Assembly: GCF_006345805.1 (NCBI RefSeq)
Contig: NC_043018.1
Coordinates: 28,458,001-28,522,000, forward strand
From: Octopus sinensis
Taxonomy: Eukaryota
Direction of reading: 5' to 3'
Length of the DNA stretch: 64,000 nucleotides
Shown in pieces: positions 1-12,694 of the stretch. Under the pieces are notes generated by a model. The model was not told the origin of the DNA, made no database searches, and saw only the letters and a program-made list of their open reading frames with translations. Both the position numbers and the translations under genes were made by a program. Each line of letters opens with the position of its first letter. Positions within the stretch are counted from its first letter, which is position 1.

Positions 1-291
1 TGTTGTGTTGAACTTTTCTTAAAGTTTCTATGTTGATTTCTGTTGCACGTCTGATCCCAACCTCTATGAGTTGAGCTGGGTAATGTCTGTCAATTAGGGT
101 GTTTTTGAGTTCTTGCAGTCTAAAGTTCCTGGTATTTTGTTCTGACACTATTGTACATATCCTTCTTGCAAGGTTGAAGGGGATGTTTGTTTTAGTGTGT
201 CTTGGGTGACATGAATTAAAAAGAAGGTATTGTTTGGCGTCTGTGGCTTTGTAGAAAATGTCTGTTTCTATTTTAAGGTTAATTTTTTTAA
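1..291 (-). mobile_element. Inverted segment of the adjacent Penelope-like element
   Basis: 1-291 is the reverse complement of 574-864 (no mismatch seen by eye). It joins the forward RT sequence at 291/292 and probably continues left of the window. Confidence 0.92.
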
Positions 292-1511
292 CCGGAATTG
301 CTATGGGTACAAGGGCAGCACCAGTCATTGCGAACTTAACAATGGGATACATGGAAATAATCATTTACCAGGAATCTCTATCAATCTTTGGAAACTCCCT
401 CTCTCAATACATAAAAGAGAATTGGAAACGATTCCTAGACGATTGTTTCACTCTCTGGAATGAAAACATAGATAAACTCCTAAAATTTAAAAACCTATTG
501 AACAGCATAAACCCAAATATACAGTTCACAATGGAATACAACCAAAAGGAGCTCCCGTTCTTGGATATACTAATTAAAAAAATTAACCTTAAAATAGAAA
601 CAGACATTTTCTACAAAGCCACAGACGCCAAACAATACCTTCTTTTTAATTCATGTCACCCAAGACACACTAAAACAAACATCCCCTTCAACCTTGCAAG
701 AAGGATATGTACAATAGTGTCAGAACAAAATACCAGGAACTTTAGACTGCAAGAACTCAAAAACACCCTAATTGACAGACATTACCCAGCTCAACTCATA
801 GAGGTTGGGATCAGACGTGCAACAGAAATCAACATAGAAACTTTAAGAAAAGTTCAACACAACAACACACCGTCCCCGAAAATACTACCTTACATATCTA
901 CATACAACCCCAGAAACAAAGAAGCCTTCACCATCATCACCGAGAATTTACCAATACTTCATAAAAACCCCAAATTAAAGGAAATTCTAAACATACACCA
1001 AATCATTAAAAGCTACAAACAGCCTAAATCACTTAAAAAGATTCTCACAAAGGCAAAATTGTCTTCTGAAATTACGGATGCAAAAGTAAAAAAATGTGGT
1101 AGATCGAACTGTGCAACATGTCCTAACCTATTGGAAGGATCAGAATTCTTCTTTAAAGAGGGACAGAAATTCAAGATCAAATCTAACTTTACTTGTGCCT
1201 CTGAAAACATAATTTATGTCATTAAATGCTCGGGCTGCCACCAAGACTACGTGGGTTCCACGGGACTATCACTCAGGCGTAGATGCACACTGCATCGACA
1301 ACAGATTGCATTCCCAGAATATAGAATGATACCTTTTAGTGAGCACATTGAGAAATGCGCAAAGCAACTACTGCCACAATTTTTAATCTTCCCATTTTAC
1401 CAATGTGCTTTCGGATCATCAACACAAATGAGACTGAACAAGGAAACATTCTTCATTGAAAAGTACAAACCCAGACTCAACCATCCGAACATACTGACAC
1501 AGAGAAATTAA
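258..1511 (+). CDS. 5'-truncated Penelope-like (Neptune-type) ORF: C-terminal half of RT plus GIY-YIG endonuclease
   Basis: Motifs GIAMGTRAAPVIANLTM, WKRFLDD (catalytic), FLDI, HPRHTKTNIP, CGRSNCATC, NIIYVIKCSGCHQDYVGST and H..QQI..SEH. The first 11 codons come from the inverted segment, so real homology starts at about 292. No stop codon before 1511. Confidence 0.92.
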   Translation: MSVSILRLIFLTGIAMGTRAAPVIANLTMGYMEIIIYQESLSIFGNSLSQYIKENWKRFLDDCFTLWNENIDKLLKFKNLLNSINPNIQFTMEYNQKELPFLDILIKKINLKIETDIFYKATDAKQYLLFNSCHPRHTKTNIPFNLARRICTIVSEQNTRNFRLQELKNTLIDRHYPAQLIEVGIRRATEINIETLRKVQHNNTPSPKILPYISTYNPRNKEAFTIITENLPILHKNPKLKEILNIHQIIKSYKQPKSLKKILTKAKLSSEITDAKVKKCGRSNCATCPNLLEGSEFFFKEGQKFKIKSNFTCASENIIYVIKCSGCHQDYVGSTGLSLRRRCTLHRQQIAFPEYRMIPFSEHIEKCAKQLLPQFLIFPFYQCAFGSSTQMRLNKETFFIEKYKPRLNHPNILTQRN

Positions 1512-1821
1512 CAAGGGAAAGGGGAAAAAAATTTTTAAGCGATTATCTCCCTTACACCGGAAGAAATCACTCACTACCTCCCCTTATTTAGAAATCTCCT
1601 GAAAATAAACACAACGATAACTCCATGCAATATAAACATAACGTCACAAGAAATTTGAAAAGCTACACGCGAAACCGGTAATTTCTTTAAAAATTTTAAA
1701 ATTATGTCATTTTAAGGAAAGGAAAAAAATTTTTCTAATATTCTCCAGACATTTTGACACAAATATATATATATTTTTTAACATTTAAGCCTTCTGTCGT
1801 TTTTTCACACTTTACTATTTT

Positions 1822-1823
<2 letters not shown>

Positions 1824-1871
<48 letters not shown>

Positions 1872-1878
1872 TATATAT

Positions 1879-1926
<48 letters not shown>

Positions 1927-1940
1927 TATAATATATATAT

Positions 1941-1986
<46 letters not shown>

Positions 1987-1992
1987 ATATAT
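1824..1992. repeat. (TA)n microsatellite downstream of the PLE
   Basis: Direct reading. Confidence 0.95.
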
Positions 1993-2477
1993 AATTATAT
2001 GGAATAATGAAAATTTTTCCACTTTAATAATTAGATGTTTATATTTAGAATATCTGAATGCTTTTAGAGAACCATGAAATATATAATTTATTATACAAAA
2101 ATTAAATTTTTTCTTTGAAACATTTGATACTTTATATGGTGTGAAATTCTGCATAAGTGGTACTGAATGTACAGTCTTATCAGATAACGTTTCCGAAAGA
2201 TTTTTGCATAGACTAGTCTCCTTTTCTGCCTTGAGATTTGTCATCTGATATCTGTTTACGTCAAGTTGGAAATTTTCTTAAGTATAGAACAACATCTAAT
2301 ACGGATACTGTTTATAATATTATTCTGCTACTCCAATAATTATATCCGTATTTGAATATCATTGCAAAAGTTCATATAGCTACACTTGACACCCCCCCCC
2401 CCCCGACAGTCCTAATGACTAAATTACTGAGCGGTGGAGTTTCAAAATGCAACGGTAATATAGTACAGGCATAGATG

Positions 2478-2730
2478 TGGAGGTGCGTGGCCTTAGCAGT
2501 TGAGAAGTTGAACTCGTGATCATAAAATTGTGATTTCGGTTCCTGGACCATGCGATGCGTTGTGTTCTTGAGCCAAGTCCTTCATTTCACGTTGCACAAG
2601 TCAACCCAGCAGGCAAAATTGAGTTAATTTACAATGGACCGGCGTCCCATCCAGATGGAGAATACATATACCATGAAAACTAGTAAACTGGCCCTTATTA
2701 GTTGGCATGACTCGAGAACGAAACTTTACG
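2478..2730 (+). mobile_element. tRNA-headed SINE, family C
   Basis: A/B-box-like head, then GTGTTCTTGAGC-type and GACCGGCGTCCCATCCAG segments. Homologous to 18250-18495, 31500-31770 and 41635-41940. Confidence 0.7.
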
Positions 2731-2924
2731 TTTCTTCTACAGGTATAGGTATTTAGGTAGCTTAAATAGTTCTCTTCAAAACCTTACGGATTCTGGTTTG
2801 GTCCCACAACATTGTTCCTTAATAAAGAGGTTTTCACTTTGGTCACGAATTGCTTAACGCCTTGAGCGAAATCTCATTAACCAAATAGGATGGAGACCCC
2901 GATCATATCTTTTAATTCTGTAAG

Positions 2925-3365
2925 TCATTAGACTGCGGCCATCCTGGGGTATCACCTAGCATAATATTTCGTCGCATGAATCGATCCCGATTCTTATTGT
3001 ATTTGTTTCTTTCGCGAACAGCACCGGTTGTGAAGTGGCAATGAGAGGCAAACATACACAAAGACACACATTCAAACATAGACACATGCATGCATACGTA
3101 TATCTATCTATCTATCTATCTATCACTCAATCAATCTCTCTCTCTCTCTCTTTCGAGATATATATGTGTGTTTGTCCCCCTACCATTGCTTGACAACCGA
3201 TGCTGGTGTGTTTACGTCCCCGTCACTTAGCGGTTCGGCAAAAGAGCCGGTGGAATAAGTACTGGGCTTAGAAAGAATAAGTCCCGGGGTCGATTTGCTC
3301 GACTAAAGGCGGTGCTCCAGCATGGCCGCAGTCAAATGACTGAAACAAGTAACAGAGTAAAAGAG
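2925..3365. mobile_element. Two 3' fragments of SINE family B (minus at about 2925-3060, plus at about 3160-3365)
   Basis: GACAACCGATGCTGGTG...GGCGGTGCTCCAGCATGGCCGCAGTCAAATGACTG tail shared with the full-length copies. Confidence 0.8.
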
Positions 3366-3374
3366 AGTAAAGAG

Positions 3375-3411
<37 letters not shown>

Positions 3412-3413
3412 GT

Positions 3414-3468
<55 letters not shown>

Positions 3469-3711
3469 TACCACGCGCTTGCCCAAGGTGCTTTACAGTG
3501 TGGTGGCAAACCATGCTGTACCTTTTCACCACAACTTTCTCTCACTCTTTCTTCCTATTTCTGTTTACACTTGTATTCTTAAGAGCCAGGCTTAACACAC
3601 TCTGTGTCACGCTGAATATCCCCGAGAACTGCCACAATATATATATATATACACATATACATACATACATATATATATATATATGCATATATATATATAT
3701 ATATATATATA

Positions 3712-3753
<42 letters not shown>

Positions 3754-3779
3754 TATATATATATATGCATATATATATA

Positions 3780-3821
<42 letters not shown>

Positions 3822-3840
3822 TATATATACACACACACAT
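3375..3840. repeat. (TA)n, (TAGA)n and (TA)n/GCAT microsatellite blocks
   Basis: Direct reading. Confidence 0.9.
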
Positions 3841-4024
3841 AAAATCTAAGCAAGCATTCTATAAAGTTGCTGCTTATTGCTTTCTCTACCGCCCACCCTT
3901 GCCTATGGAATGATAATTTCGTAAGTAAAATTTTGTTCTCGTATTTAGTGAGTGTTCGAAATTCGGTTGTGAATCCTCTTAAATGTAATCCATTTAGAAA
4001 TGTCTTAATACAATTACAAATTAA

Positions 4025-4250
4025 GCCGGCGAGCTGATAGAATCTTTAGTACACTGGGCAAAAAAGTTTAGTGCCTTTTTATTTTTCTTTACTTTCTGCG
4101 TTCAAGTTCCGTCGATGTCGATTTTTGCCTGTCATTCTTTTGTGGTCGATAAATAAGTACTAGCTGAATGTTAGCGTCGACGTTCTCAACTTATCTCCTT
4201 CCCTGAATTTATTGACCTTGTATCAAGATTTGAAATCAATAAAGTTAGCG
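4025..4250 (+). mobile_element. Degenerate SINE family A
   Basis: GGCGAGCTG head and GTCGA...CATTCTTTTGTGGTCGATAAATAAGTAC body. Confidence 0.65.
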
Positions 4251-4540
4251 ATTATATTTTTGTTTTGTTACACAGTGTAACACGATTTTTGTCCTTGGGT
4301 ACCAACTGTTTACTCCTAGGAAGTATGAAAGATGGCTAATACTTCTTTCAGACTTTACTTTTGTTACATTTATTCAAACCCTCCAAAACATCCAACTCAA
4401 CACATGGAGATGGTGCTCCTCCACCACGCACACACAATTTCTGCTCATAATCAGAGATGCTCAAGTGGTTATGGTTGAGCAAGTGACAAGCAAATCTGTG
4501 ATATTGAGCAGAATATTTGCTATAACAATATTTTCAGTAA

Positions 4541-5525
4541 GGCGGTAAGCTGGCAGAAACGTTAGCACGCCGGGCGAAATGCTTAGCGGTATTTCGTCTG
4601 CGTTACGTTGTGAGTTCAAATTCCGCCGAGGTCGACTTTGCCTGTCATCCTTTCGGGGTCGATAAATTAAGTACCAGTTACGCACTGGGGTCGATGTAAT
4701 CGACTTAATCTGTTTGTCTGTCCTTGTTTGTCCCCTCTGTGTTTAGCCCCTTGTGGGTAATAAAGAAATAGGTATTTCATCTGCCTTTGCGTTCTGGGTT
4801 CAAATTCCGCTGTGGTCGACTTTGCCTTGCATCCTTTTGGGGTCGATAAATTAAGTACCAGTTACGCACTCGGGGCGATATAATCGACTTAATCCGTTTG
4901 TCTGTCCTTGTTTATCCTCTCTGTGTGTAGCCCCTTGTGGGTAGTAATGAAATAGGTTATTTTGTCTGCAGCTACGTTCTGAGTTCAAATTCCGGCGAGG
5001 ACGACTTTGCCTTTCATCCTTTCGGGGTCGATTAAATAAGTACCAGTTACGCACTCGGGCCGATATAATCGACTTAATCTATTTGTCTGTCTGTGTTTGT
5101 CCCCTCTGTTTGTAGCCCCTTGTGTTTAGTAAAGAAATAAAAAACTTCAGTACGCCGGGAGAAATGCTTAGCGGTATTTCGTCTGTGGTTACGGTATGTG
5201 TTCAAATGCCACCGATATCGACTTTGCTTTTCATCCTTTCGGGGTCGATTAAATAGTTACCAGTTACGCACTGGGGTCGATACAATCCACTTAATCCGTT
5301 TGTCTGTCCTTGTTTGTCCTCTCTGTGTTTGGCCCCTTGTGGGTAGTAAAGAAATAGGTATTTCGTCTGCCGTTACGTTCTTAGTTCAAATTCCGCCGAG
5401 GTCGACTTTCTTTTTCATCCTTTCAGGGTCGATTAAATAAGTACCGGTCGCGCACTGGGGTCGATCTAATCGACTGACCCCTTCCTCAAACGTTTCGGTA
5501 CTTGTACCTAGAAGAGAAAAGAATA
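4541..5525 (+). repeat. Head-to-tail array of five ~185-bp SINE family A modules
   Basis: Modules restart at GGT(A)TTT near 4588, 4771, 4956, 5172 and 5358. Each has a B-box (G[A/G/T]GTTCAAAT) and CATCCTTTCGGGGTCGA..AAGTACCAG. Confidence 0.92.
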
Positions 5526-5794
5526 TTTCTGTTTCAGTAAGTCAGTGCTAAATCTGCCTGAAATGTAATGGGAAATAGGTCAGTTTCAAAACATTGGTGC
5601 CTTGGTCACAGAAGCGAAGTTTGAAGGGAATAACAGTAATTTCCTTTGATTTCTGGATAGAAACAATAGGAAATAATTAATAACTCAGCCGCTTGGACTA
5701 CTGCTCCCAACTATGGTCACCACACAATATAAAACTAACAGCAGAACTCGTAGCAATTCAAAGAAGCTACACAAAGATCGTCTCAATGCAACGT

Positions 5795-6300
5795 ATCAGC
5801 TACTGGGAAAGACTGAAAGTATTAAACTCTTCTCCCTAGAGCGAAGGCGGGAGAGATATGCGGTGATATACATCTGGAAAATCCTGGAGGGTCTTGTCCC
5901 AAACTTTGGCATTCAAAGTTACCCCAACCGCAGAACGGGGCGCCACTGCATGGTACCAAAGATCCCAGCATCACCATAAAAATACAGGACCAGATACTGC
6001 AACAGCTTGGGTTTCAGAGGACCACAGCTCTTTAACATCCTCCCTAAATGCCTGAGAGACTTGCATGGTGTGGATGTGGGTTTCTTTAAAACTAAACTGG
6101 ATCTCTTTTTGTCGGGGGTCCCAGATGAACCCACCTCACGACAGGAGACACAGATGCGGGCAGCGGCATCGAACTCCCTTGTTGACCAAGTGCCACGTAT
6201 CAGAGGTGGATTCACATATTAGTGTAGATCATTCAGCGGTGGTGCCCCAGCATGGCCGCGGCCTTCGGGCTAAAACATTTTTAAGGATTTAAGGATTTAT
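5795..6300 (+). mobile_element. CR1-clade LINE 3' fragment
   Basis: YWERLK..KLFSLERRRERYAVIYIWKILEGLVPN, GPQLFNILP and FFKTKLDLFLSGVPDEP, then a stem-loop tail and (TTAAGGAT)-like repeats. Confidence 0.88.
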
Positions 6301-7224
6301 CTAAATTTTATTACACAGCTTTACAAATATACAGTTTGAATCTTCAAATAACTGCGTATCTTAGTGAAAAGAAGTATAAAGATAATATCTCTGCAATAAC
6401 TACAGACCAACTGATAGAGCTTTCTGTGAATCTCTCCCACTTATATAATTAACGTGGTAGCCAGTGTTTCATTGGCAACTGTTTAAAATTCTTCCATTTA
6501 CACCGTATACACTTTGTAAGACACGGTTGTATAAAAGCGTCGATGTTTTTATTTACGAATGACGTTGCTCTTTTTCTTGTCTTATTTACCACAAACCACC
6601 CGCTTACAGATAAATATAATAGTAAATAATTATGACCCATAACACTAGTTTTTGCTATGCCTGACAGAGCAGCAATTAATTGAATGCTACTACGAGAAAT
6701 AAGAGATGTTTTGTAAAGATATTACATGCAGATGTTATTGACAGAATATATTCGGTTACTCAACTGTATTAATAATATTAACTCTGTCCAAAGTAAAGAC
6801 AAGTCCACAAGTATATGCTTAGGCAGAGGAAGGGTCACCTGCATTACTTCAGCGCTACTAATTGAATGGTAATTGATTATTAAATTTTATTTTCCAGTTT
6901 AATTCTCAAAGATCACAATTTTAGTTTTTTCTGCTCCAGTTAATGCTGTCAGAGCGGGCAGCTGTCTTTTGCCAAGCATTCAATAGCTCAAGCGTGTAAA
7001 TGATATTGTTTCCAATATAAACATAAGTCCTCAAGCACAATTACTTTGGTGCCAGTCATTGTTTGGTCATTTCTTTTTTCTTTTTTTTTCTTTGCCGTTT
7101 CAATTCACAGAGTTCTCGAGGTTACTTGTTCCGGTTAATTCTGCGAGAGCGAACAGCAACCAGGCGTCAAAGATCAAACAGAGTCTGTTTCCACGATACT
7201 TAACAGCCAAGTACCAAGCACCCT

Positions 7225-7366
7225 CATATCAACAACAACAACAACAATAATAATAATAATAGTAGTAGTAGGAGTAGTAGTTGAAGTAATAATAATAGAT
7301 ATAATAATAATAATAATAATAATGATGATAATAATAATGATAATAATAATAATAATAATAATAATA

Positions 7367-7404
<38 letters not shown>

Positions 7405-7405
7405 T
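7225..7405. repeat. (CAA)/(TAA)/(TAG) trinucleotide block
   Basis: Direct reading. Confidence 0.95.
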
Positions 7406-8479
7406 CCACTAGATATTTTGAGCTCTCATAAGGAGGCGAGTATAAGTTCCATCCAACCGCCTCTCAAGCTTCTTTCAAAACGTCCAGGTTTGAATTCTAC
7501 TGAACCATACAGTAGAATTGGTTCGAATAATGATGATGATGATAATGATGAGGAGGGGAAGAGGAGGACAATGGTTTCAAAGTTTGGCACAGGGCCAACA
7601 GTTTTCGAGTGTATCGTTACTTCGATTACATCGACTCTATTACTTTACTGGTACTATGTCATCGATTCTGAAAAGATGAATGGCAAAGTTGACCTCGGCG
7701 TGTTTAGCATGGAATCGGAAGAAATACTGCTTAGCACTTCCTTCAGCATTGCGTTCGATATGCTAAATTGAGATAGATGTTTTTTTTAAATCTGGAAAGA
7801 TTGAAGGCAAAGTTGACCTTGTTGCAATGCGAACTCAGCATGTGAAGAGACTAATAATACAGTACAAGATTTCTATACCACGCTCTTACCTCCCTGTTGA
7901 ATCACCACCACCGAAAAGAAAATACTGTTGTATTTGATAAATCCTTATACTTTAAAAGTCATAAGTGATTGTTATTTTAAATATGAATCAGTAATGGCCA
8001 TAGGTATAAATTTCAATTAGCGTTGTGTAGAAGAAAATGACGTTAACATGTACTTTATAAATGGCGGAAATAGGTGATATATCATTGCTTTTACTTCTCG
8101 GGCAGATGAACTTTGTGTCATTAATCATTATATATAATTTAACACCTGAAAGCTGGATCTTTTTGATCTTTGGGAATTAGTACGCAGGCAGAATTTTTGT
8201 GGATATGCAATATTTCATTGCTGGAGTTTAACCGATAAAACCGTTCGTTAAATTCATGCGGCTGTAGCAGGATCTAACGAAAGACAAAGGCTGGTATAAT
8301 GATCCAAATTTGTACGTTGACAAGGGGTTGATGGAGCAATGATCAAATGTATATTTATCGTCGATCCAACGGTTAGATATGGAAGACAAAATTTATCTCC
8401 AGTCACACATACACAAAAAAATAAACGGCTGAATATCATCATTAGTTTGCATTGCGTAGTCTGCCACATCCTGTTGTAA

Positions 8480-9360
8480 AATTAAACAGCGAAACATTCG
8501 CTACATATCCAGGAGAGAAGATATTCATTTAACATCTGTGTTAAGAAAAGACACAAGTGATAATATTATGCTTGACATGTTATCTATTGCTAAAAAATAG
8601 TTGGAGTAATCAAACATCTTCTTTGACCATAATTTTGATTAAGGAGAGCAAGAACTACAGAGAGTACACAATTTAAGCGTCAATAGCTTCACTGTGATCT
8701 GTAGCTTCCAAAGCGCTAGGGTAAAACCTGTACCTTAAAGAAACATGTGAGGGCTTGTGCCTCCATACATTGAAAACTATGATGTCGAAGTTAGAATATA
8801 TTTCTTGTGAAGAGCATAGAATTACCCTATTTCTCATCTGAGATCAGGGAATAAAGGCAAAAACAATAATATAGTTTGGAGTAGAAGCTATACTGAGACT
8901 GAATTTTCCTATTTTCTATCTTCACTTTCAGGCGAAGGACAAAGCATAAAACCTAATACCACTCCTTAATGCAAATGATATTTATCTTCATCTATAAAAC
9001 TATCAATGACAAATCTCGTCTTTGAGGTATTACATCAATAACCCATATTTAGCAGATCTATGTTCAAATCCACAATCAACCCATAATTATATCTAGAGCC
9101 ATATTCTAAATGCCAAAGGATTTTAACAATTTTCGCAGTATTGTTCGTGAGACTCTAAATTCTCACTGTTATTTTGTAAGCATTCATTTCGCATAAATTT
9201 CAACACAGTGAATTTTTTTATGTTTAATGATATAAAATTTCCCTGCATCGATACCACATGTGATAAATCTGCCTGCCGGTAAAACATTCTTCAAATCACA
9301 CTTCAATAATGTTGTTACATGGGAAAATACTTTCAAACTAAAGTTATGCGTAGACTAACT
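8480..9360 (-). pseudogene. Heavily decayed Penelope-like RT remnant
   Basis: Minus-strand peptide traces FITCGIDAGKFY (like LVT.D..SLY), SFIDED (catalytic-like) and HVKHNII (like HTK.NIP), with many stops and frameshifts. Confidence 0.5.
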
Positions 9361-9439
9361 GAAGGAAAAAAAAGATATATTCATTACTAGAAATTAGGAT
9401 AGAAATGGGGGATAAGCAAAAAAATTGAAAGACAAGCAA

Positions 9440-9600
9440 TTCTTTCTACTATAGGCACAAGGCTTGAGATGCTGGGAGTGGAGGTGTAAGTCAATTACAT
9501 CGACCCCAATGCGCAACTGGTACTTATTTTATCGATCCCGAAAGGAGAAAATGCAAAGGTGTCCTGGGCGTCGTTTCAACTCATAAAGTAAATGCAAACG
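9440..9600 (-). mobile_element. SINE family A fragment
   Basis: Reverse complement of the CCTTTCGGGATCGATAAAATAAGTACCAG body. Confidence 0.75.
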
Positions 9601-10195
9601 AAGTTTGCATTTACTTTATGTTTGCATTTATGTTTGCATTTCACAATTCTACCAAATTCCTTGACCACAATGTGTTGATTATTTTTCAGATCCTGATTCT
9701 ACACTGTTATTATGGTAAGCATTTAACTTACACAAATTCCAGCATAGATTCTTTCTTTCCATATTGTTATCAGCATAAACTTTAAAACAAAATTTCTCAA
9801 AAACTAAATCGTACTACAGAAAATCACGCACAAAACTTAATTGCAATTTACAATAGAAAGTTAACAGCGTTCCTTTCTTTTTATCTGTCTTTATATCTTT
9901 CTATGACTTTTACTGAATTTTTACTACTGTTTTTTTTGTAATATTTATCTGTTATTGTTTTCGTTTCTTACATTATCTTTATTTATTATTTACTAAGCGT
10001 TAATGTCATTCTTATTCATTCTTTCTATCACCACGCCGCCGCATTGTTCTACTAGGACATGAATTACAACGATGAATGCTGAAACAAACAGTAGTCACAC
10101 AATTGGTGAGATATACTGATAGTTACTTACGTCATACATACGTAGTATTAGTCTCACGAGTATGTGTGCTCTTAAGAATACACTTATACACACAT

Positions 10196-10240
<45 letters not shown>

Positions 10241-10375
10241 CATATATATGTATATATATAAATATATATATATATATGTATGTATATACAGATATTCATA
10301 CAGACACACGTATATATCTTTTTTTATGTACAGAGAGAGAGAAATAGAGAGAGAGTGTGTGTATGTATATATGTG

Positions 10376-10417
<42 letters not shown>

Positions 10418-12599
10418 ACTGGTGCATAAATATTCCAATAGATTTTCGTTACATCTAGAACAAGAAAATGTTTTCTATGTTTCGTTAACATAATTATCTA
10501 AACTCCATACGGATATGGCGTTTGTCGTATAATTTACAGTTTGGCAAGCAAGAAACATAGTCTCAAAATGAAATCAATTCATTTACTTTTTTTTTACTGC
10601 TGAAGTTCTTTATCGCTAAACTTACGTAAGCTGTGACGTCAGGCAAATCATTTCCGTACGAAATACTAAGAATTTTCTTTATAGAAGAACGAAAAAAAAA
10701 GATGAAAGGACATTTTGGATAGTGACACAAAAGACTAGACCACCACTCCCACTGACTACAAGCACTACAACAAAACAAAGAAAGATGACTGTATGTTGTA
10801 CCTTGGAAAAAACTAGAAATGACATTAAAATCTTTAATAAATCAAATCCAGGATAAGAAAGTTTACGAAACGGCCGTTTCTTTGCCGCTTAAATTGTACC
10901 ACTACTTCGACGATGACTTATTTGACATCAGACATTCTAACGTTACTCTCGTTCTCTTTCTCCTCTTCTCTTTCTCGCACTCCCTGTCTCATTTTCCTTA
11001 CCCTCGTCTCATTTTTGTGTGTGAGCATATTTCTTTGTGTATAAAGTAAAGAATATGTGTGTCTCTGTTCTTCTCTCCTCCTTCTCTGTCTTTCTCTCAC
11101 CCCTCTCTCTCTATCTTTCTATTTGTCTCTCTCTCTAACCATCTGCATGAGTATATTGCTATCCGCATGCCCGTGTGTGTTTGTGTGTGTGTCTGTGTGT
11201 GCGTGGATGTATGTGGTGTGTTTGTGTGTGTGTATGTGGTGTGTTTGTGTGTGTGTATGTCTGATGTGAGTGTTGGATACTCCAGCCTCAAAACATACAG
11301 ACACATAAAATACAGGCTAAATGACAAGTCAGCATTCAATTAGCCGCGCCTGAACATATCATGTCCTCATAACATACTGACAGTCCGCCATTTTATAAAC
11401 GAGATTGCTTCACGGCCTTTGAAACGTTTTCGTTACAGGTCGGCTTGATCAATGCTGAAAAGGAGATAAATAACGAAAGTAATTATTTTACATTCTGACA
11501 TGAGATAATCAAATTTGGAAGAGGTATGTCGATTACCCAATAGAGAGAGAGATGCACACACAAAAGTTGCATGACCGAAGAAATGAGCCATTATCATTTT
11601 TACGAAGCTATAACGATTTTGAGAGCTCACCTGCTTAATAATCTCTCTCTCTCTCTATCTCTCACACACACACACACTCTCTCTCTCACACACACACACG
11701 CACACACACACACACACACACACTCTCTCTCTCTCTCTCTGTATGTATGTATATGTATATATATATAGAGAGAGATAGAAAGATAGATTTTTATATATAT
11801 GTGTGTATATGCGTAAGTCTGTATGTATGTATAAACAAAATAAGAAAATGGAAAGTTTTGCTTTTATTTATTCTCCTTTACACGTGTTCAATTCTCTAAT
11901 AGGAATCACAAAAATGTACAGTTATATAGCCGTGTGCAGAATTTCCTATTAGAAAAATCGTCGGACAGAAAATTTCATGTGTCTATATAATAACAGCTAA
12001 TCCTTTGGGATTCCTTTTAAAATATGAAGCATGTGTAGTGTAAAGTTAGCGATATCAACAAATTTCCATGTTCCTATATTTGTTTGTTCAACAAGTCTGA
12101 AAGTAATATTTCCATAATCTACAATTTTCATGTGCATTTTAATTTACATAGATCAGTAATAAACGTTACGTGACTGCAATAATAGAATAAACAGATGTGC
12201 TTCAAGAAGAAACAGCTGGGATTTACCCTAAACAGCCAGCTAGCTAGATAGATAGATAGATAAAAAAATTAGATTCAGATGAATATGGTACTTACGTTGA
12301 GGCAGAAGAAATTAGTATTTCTTATTTTGTATATACATACAGACAGACTTACACAGATACACACACACATATGTAAGGTTTGCATTGCTCAAATAAATGG
12401 AGTCGCATGAAACAATCGTACTGCATTACCTCTGGATATCCTTGTTGCTTATTTTGATAGATAGATTGATAGGAAGAAAGAAAAATAGATAGATAGGTAG
12501 ATAGATAGTAAGACAGAAAAGAACAAAGAAATGAAAAGAGAGAAGCATAAATATTATATATGCATACATATATACATATGCATAAATAAAGATACTATT

Positions 12600-12628
12600 A
12601 TTAATAAATAATAATAATAATAATAATG

Positions 12629-12692
<64 letters not shown>
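12600..12692. repeat. (TAA)n microsatellite
   Basis: Direct reading. Confidence 0.95.

Positions 12693-12694
<2 letters not shown>

Noticed and set aside
2180-2260. Hammerhead-like CAGAUGA...GAAACGUU on the minus strand
   Set aside because: U4 is mutated, stem II does not pair and stem I is out of register.
4541-5525. CRISPR-like array or tRNA gene cluster
   Set aside because: The modules repeat along their whole length with no unique spacers, there are no cas genes, and only A/B boxes are present without a full cloverleaf.
10575-12300. Several minus-strand GTAAGT donors (10127, 10618, 12290)
   Set aside because: ACTTACGT words are common in AT-rich DNA, and the implied exons do not chain in phase or resemble any protein I recognise.
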